From assembly GCF_000010065.1 (NCBI RefSeq), contig NC_006576.1:2490001-2522000 (forward strand): a stretch of DNA of 32,000 nt, in the 5' to 3' direction. Within the stretch, counting starts at the first letter, position 1; the number at the start of each line of letters is the position of its first letter. A program made the position numbers and the translations under genes. The notes below the pieces were generated by a model. The model had not been told where the DNA came from. It worked only from the letters and a program-made list of their open reading frames with translations, and did not search any database. Origin of the DNA: Synechococcus elongatus PCC 6301 (GTDB lineage: Bacteria; Cyanobacteriota; Cyanobacteriia; Synechococcales; Synechococcaceae). Below, piece after piece: positions 27,983 through 32,000 of this stretch.

Positions 27983-29434
27983 TCAAGACGATTGGATCTG
28001 AGCATGCAAGAGCTGCCCAAGCGTTTGAAGCGCCTGATGAATGGCTTCAGTAAACGGCAGGCCAAAGTTGAGCCGAAAACAATGGCGATAGTTGCCGGAC
28101 GGAGAAAACATCACGCCGGGCGCAATGATGATTTGTCGCTGGCGAGCTACTTCGTAGAGCTGTAGGGTATCGACGTGTGGCGGCATTTCAATCCAGAGGA
28201 CATAACCACCCTTGGGCCGCGAGACCTTAGTGATGGCTGGAAAATAATCACAGATGGCTTGGGTCATACTTTGCATTTGCGAGTGATGAGCCTGCCGGAG
28301 TCGGCGCAGATGGCGATCGTAGCCACCATTCGCCAGGAAAGCGGCAGTCGTGAGTTGCGGTGCGATCGCGGACATGTAATTCATTGTCATTTTTAGCTGC
28401 TCAACCTTGAGCTGATATCTGCCAGCAACCACCCAGCCCACTCTTAATCCAGGTGAGAGTGTTTTACTTACAGAAGCGCAGTAGAGAACCCGTCCATCTT
28501 GATCTAGGGCTTTAATTGCTTTCGGACGACTACCCTCAAAGTGAAGTTCGCCGTAGATGTCATCTTCAATTAGGGGAATATCGCAATGATTAAGAAGATC
28601 AATAATTTGCTTCTTCTTGCTGTCACTCATACAGCTTCCCAAGGGGTTACTAAAGTTGGTAATTAAGACACAGGCGACAACTTTTCGAGTTTTCAACGCT
28701 TCTTCGAGATGCTCGAGTGAAATGCCCTCTTGGGGATGGGTTGGTAGCTCTAGGGCTTTGAGATGTAAGGCTGAAAGAGTCTCAAGTAAAAGGTGGTAGG
28801 TAGGAGATTCAATCGCAACAGTGTCACCCGGCTTAGTAATGGCTTTGAGGGAAAGATAGAGGGCTTCTGTGGTGCCGTTTGTGATCACAATCTGATCCGG
28901 TGTGGCCGAACATCCTGCATCCAATAGCCGCCTAGCCACTTCATGACGTAATTCCTCACACCCTTGGGGTGAACCGTAGCAATGGGCTGCTGCCGGTTGG
29001 GTACGCAGAACTTGTCCCATCAAGCGGTTAAGCGTTGCAATGGGGAGCAGTTCAGTCCCGGCGATCGCAGACCCCAGACCGACTGTTTGGGAATCACAGA
29101 CGGCGTTGCTAACGCGAAAAGCAAGAGAAATCTCAACTGGGTGATTCACCGCTGTAGGAGGGCTAAAACTAGGCTCTTCGGGCAGTGAATGCAGGGCAGA
29201 TTTGACGAAATAGCCCGACTGAGGTCGTGCCTGGATTAAGCCCCGATCTTCCAAAAGGCGATAGGCTTCCAGCACCGTTGAGATACTGATGGACCACTGG
29301 CGATGGAGCTTGCGAACGGAGGGCAAGCGATCGCCCGGCTGGAGCGTTCCTTCAAGAATCAAGCGATGAATGCGATCGGCAACGGCTTCATAGAGCGTTT
29401 GGCTCGGGGCTGAATCAATCATTTTGGCTTCCAT
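27983..29434 (-). CDS. MocR-type PLP-dependent GntR transcriptional regulator
   Basis: N-terminal GntR wHTH (LYEAVADRIHRLILEGTLQPGDRLPSVRKLHRQWSISISTVLEAYRLLEDRGLIQARPQSGYFV) fused to a class I aminotransferase domain (ITNFSNPLGSCM...PLIEDDIYGELHF...VLYCASVSKTLSPGLRVGWVV). Confidence 0.93.
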   Translation of the reverse strand: MEAKMIDSAPSQTLYEAVADRIHRLILEGTLQPGDRLPSVRKLHRQWSISISTVLEAYRLLEDRGLIQARPQSGYFVKSALHSLPEEPSFSPPTAVNHPVEISLAFRVSNAVCDSQTVGLGSAIAGTELLPIATLNRLMGQVLRTQPAAAHCYGSPQGCEELRHEVARRLLDAGCSATPDQIVITNGTTEALYLSLKAITKPGDTVAIESPTYHLLLETLSALHLKALELPTHPQEGISLEHLEEALKTRKVVACVLITNFSNPLGSCMSDSKKKQIIDLLNHCDIPLIEDDIYGELHFEGSRPKAIKALDQDGRVLYCASVSKTLSPGLRVGWVVAGRYQLKVEQLKMTMNYMSAIAPQLTTAAFLANGGYDRHLRRLRQAHHSQMQSMTQAICDYFPAITKVSRPKGGYVLWIEMPPHVDTLQLYEVARQRQIIIAPGVMFSPSGNYRHCFRLNFGLPFTEAIHQALQTLGQLLHAQIQSS

Positions 29435-29663
29435 GGCCGCTCGCCCAAACGATAAGAGCAGCACAGTTAGGGCTTCTGATCGCCATAACAGTTGTGAACG
29501 GTCTAACTGTACTCCTTGCAATTTACTCGAACTGTCTCTGGTTTGTGGCCAGTTGCTTGATCAGAATTGAAAAAAGCGTGATCGCAGCAATCGTAAATTC
29601 ACAATCTCTGTCAGAAATTCTGGATTTTGAGTAGAGCGATCGCAGGTTTAAGGAGATGGGAGT

Positions 29664-29972
29664 ATGAAAGAATACTCAGTCCTCAATCAGGGCTTAAAAG
29701 TCCTAAATTCTAGTGATTTTTGGATTGTGATCGCTCGCTTGCATCATTCTGCTTTGAGCGAAATTTCAACCAGAATCAGGCAATCTCTAGACTTCTGTTT
29801 TGCGAGCATCTTGACAACGTCCGAGCCTAAAGTATCTCGAAAATACGATCGCGCCGGCAATCTCTACTTTGTTGTTGATGATCCTAAATCTGGGCAGCGT
29901 CTGAGCTTAGGGTCAGAACGCGAAGTCAGAATCTGGCTGGAGCAACGCTACTACTCAAGGCCCGATCGCTAA
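29664..29972 (+). CDS. Hypothetical protein, 102 aa
   Basis: Complete ORF MKEYSVLNQGLKVLNSSDFWIVIARLHHSALSEISTRIRQSLDFCF... with AAGGAG 8 nt upstream of the ATG. No recognised family. Confidence 0.5.
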   Translation: MKEYSVLNQGLKVLNSSDFWIVIARLHHSALSEISTRIRQSLDFCFASILTTSEPKVSRKYDRAGNLYFVVDDPKSGQRLSLGSEREVRIWLEQRYYSRPDR

Positions 29973-30017
29973 ATCAATCCTTGACCGCTCGCTTGCCAGT
30001 TCTCGAGTGAGATTGAC

Positions 30018-31568
30018 CTAAAGAACCCCAATCTCTTTGAGCAGTTTTTTCTGCTGGCTAGCAGCCACCAAAGCATGAGCGGCTAGCGCGCCGCTGGTGG
30101 CTACTGGCGGCACTCCAATACCCGGAAAAACGCTGGCGCCGCAGAGCAACAAATTGGGGATGGGGGTTTGACAACCGGGGAATAGGCCTTGGTCGGCCCC
30201 GATCGCGGGCCCATAGCTGCCTTGAAACGTGTTGAGATAGTGAGCCTGAGTGCGGGGTGTCCCTTCCAGGGAAATGACGGCGCGATCGCGGACATCTGGA
30301 ATCAACTGTTCCAGTACATCCCAAAAGATCTGGCAGCGATCGCGTTTTTGCGCTTCATAGGCAGCACTACCCGGCTCCAAATCCTTCCACAATGCCCAGG
30401 GCTCATTGGCTGGGGTATATCCGTGCAGGACTTGATGGCCTGTGGGCGCAAGGTCAGGTTGCAAGAGCGACGGCATGGAGAGCACCACCATGTTGCGATC
30501 GGCTGTGATGCCTCGCTGCCAATCCCCTACCCAAACATGGTGTAGAGGCAGATGCTGAAGGTCATCGCCGCGAAGCCCCAAATGGAGATGCAAAAATCCG
30601 TGGCAAGCCGGAGTTTGTTGCCGCTGCTGCCGCCAACGAGTCGGTAGACTCTTCTCCGGTAGCAGATTTAGGGTGTCCCAAATGCTGGCGTTGCTGACCA
30701 CGGCTCGCCGGGCATGAATCACCTGGTCATCAGCACAGCGCACGCCCCGGGCGCGATCGCCCTCCACCAAAATTTCTGTGACGCGGCTACGCACTTGCAA
30801 ATTGCCACCGTGTTTTCTGAGGCCACGCACAAGAGCTTCGGCGATCGCTGCACTGCCGCCAACGGGATATTCCAAGCAGGCATCGGGTTCAAACCACTCA
30901 CCGAACAGCGTTACCATCGCCGCTGCACTGGTTTGATCGGCGGGCAGGCCACTGATCAAAAAGCACAGCAACTCCACCCAGTTGAGCAGGAAGGGATCGC
31001 GGAGGTGCCGGCGAGCGATCGGGCCAAAGGCACCTCCCAAAGCGGCCATTCGTCCCAAATGGGGCAGCAATTTACCCGCACTGCCAGCCAAGGTGTTGAT
31101 CAAACTCAGCCCCGGACGGAGCGCCAACAAAGGCAGAGCATTGGCCGCTGCACTGTAGGGAGCCAGCCACGTCATAAAGTCCTGCCATTCTTGAGCAGCT
31201 GCAGGCCCTCGCAAGGCCGTGACTGTTTTGAGGAAATCTGCGTTACCAACCCCGATCTGAAACGTGCCTTCTGGGAGTAACACGCCCCACTCTCGATAGG
31301 TCAAAACTGGCACCTCTTCGCCGATCGCCCGCAGCACCTGCGCTAGCGGGTTGGTGCTGGGCCAGCGGCTTAGTCCTGACCAAAGTGAAGGCCCTGATTC
31401 AAAGTGAAAGCCGCGTCGCTCGAAGCCATGGGCTGCGCCCCCGGGACGATCGTGGGCTTTTAGAACAAGTACTTCTAATCCATAGCGGGCTGCCAACGCT
31501 CCGCAACAGAGCCCCCCCAGCCCACTGCCAATCACAATCAGGTCAACAGATTCACGGGACGACGACAT
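30018..31568 (-). CDS. FAD-dependent phytoene desaturase/carotene isomerase-like oxidoreductase
   Basis: VDLIVIGSGLGGLCCGALAARYGLEVLVLKAHDRPGGAAHGFERRGFHFESGPSLWSGLS (Rossmann FAD motif, CrtI/CrtH style) and C-terminal NLLLCGASVFPGIGVPPVATSGALAAHAL. Internal start at 31568. Confidence 0.85.
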   Translation of the reverse strand: MSSSRESVDLIVIGSGLGGLCCGALAARYGLEVLVLKAHDRPGGAAHGFERRGFHFESGPSLWSGLSRWPSTNPLAQVLRAIGEEVPVLTYREWGVLLPEGTFQIGVGNADFLKTVTALRGPAAAQEWQDFMTWLAPYSAAANALPLLALRPGLSLINTLAGSAGKLLPHLGRMAALGGAFGPIARRHLRDPFLLNWVELLCFLISGLPADQTSAAAMVTLFGEWFEPDACLEYPVGGSAAIAEALVRGLRKHGGNLQVRSRVTEILVEGDRARGVRCADDQVIHARRAVVSNASIWDTLNLLPEKSLPTRWRQQRQQTPACHGFLHLHLGLRGDDLQHLPLHHVWVGDWQRGITADRNMVVLSMPSLLQPDLAPTGHQVLHGYTPANEPWALWKDLEPGSAAYEAQKRDRCQIFWDVLEQLIPDVRDRAVISLEGTPRTQAHYLNTFQGSYGPAIGADQGLFPGCQTPIPNLLLCGASVFPGIGVPPVATSGALAAHALVAASQQKKLLKEIGVL

Positions 31569-31821
31569 GAGGTGTCTCGGCAAGGACTGAGGCGATCGCA
31601 AAACCCGTTCCAGTCAATCACTGTCGAGCTGTTGTCGATCACTGCTTAATCTAGGCGATTCCCACTGGCAGCGGCCGAATGCCCCTAGCCAAACAGGATG
31701 ACTTGGCGCTCGGAGGCTGAAGCTAGCAATCGCTCTTTTGTCAAGTTTCGGCGGGGACATTGCTCTTGCAGGCACCACCCTAGACTTAATTACTTAATCT
31801 CTATCGGCTTAGAGTGTTTTC

Positions 31822-32000
31822 ATGGCCTTCCGTTCCTTCCTCCCGCTTCGGCCCGGTATCAAGCGATCGCTTGCAGGTGGTTTGGCCGCCGCAATTGCAG
31901 CAGGTAGCTTTGCGACTACGGCTGGGGCGCGCAGTGCCCAAACCAGTGCCGCAGGGGCTACTCCTCAGCAAGTTGCTCAAGCCAAGCAGGAGCTGGTTCT
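31822..32000 (+). CDS. N-terminal fragment of a likely exported protein (runs off the window)
   Basis: ATG at 31822 gives MAFRSFLPLRPGIKRSLAGGLAAAIAAGSFATTAGARSAQTSAAGATPQQVAQAKQELV. Basic N-region, hydrophobic core and Ala-rich cleavage region look like a signal peptide. Open to the window edge. Confidence 0.6.
   Translation, partial: MAFRSFLPLRPGIKRSLAGGLAAAIAAGSFATTAGARSAQTSAAGATPQQVAQAKQELV

Overview
This window looks like core chromosome from a Synechococcus elongatus-type cyanobacterium. The signs are abundant GCGATCGC (HIP1) octamers, a high-light-inducible protein, a plant-type GAPDH (gap2), NdhH, an FTR catalytic subunit and ycf35. I could not run database searches, so identities rest on motifs and overall protein recognition. 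Gene order: ald (5' part, -), hli (+), rlmN (+), zinc-ribbon ORF (-), Na+/solute symporter + 50-aa TM peptide + GNAT (+), HEAT-repeat protein (+), DUF2997 - ycf35/DUF1257 - ferredoxin (+), methyltransferase (+), aldo/keto reductase (+), group 2 sigma factor (+), HPP-family membrane protein (+), hot-dog thioesterase (-), ndhH (-), gap2 (-), murC - murB (+), MerR regulator (-), sufS/D/C/B - ftrC (-), sufR - hypothetical - phosphoribosyltransferase (+), peroxiredoxin-like protein (-), truncated KdpD-like protein (-), membrane protein (-), bioY (+), lspA (+), MocR-type regulator (-), small hypothetical (+), CrtI/CrtH-like FAD oxidoreductase (-), and the start of an exported protein (+). I found no CRISPR array, prophage, transposase, rRNA or tRNA, and no convincing new defence or mobile system. 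The best leads are: (1) ftrC placed first in a sufBCDS operon, with two repeated CAAC-N6-GTTG sites 38 bp apart between it and sufR; (2) a ferredoxin whose N-terminus has a duplicated RSGLEPELGGxLR motif, encoded with DUF2997 and ycf35; (3) a KdpD-like protein with no histidine kinase core and no kdpABC nearby; (4) a 50-aa single-TM peptide translationally coupled to a sodium/solute symporter.
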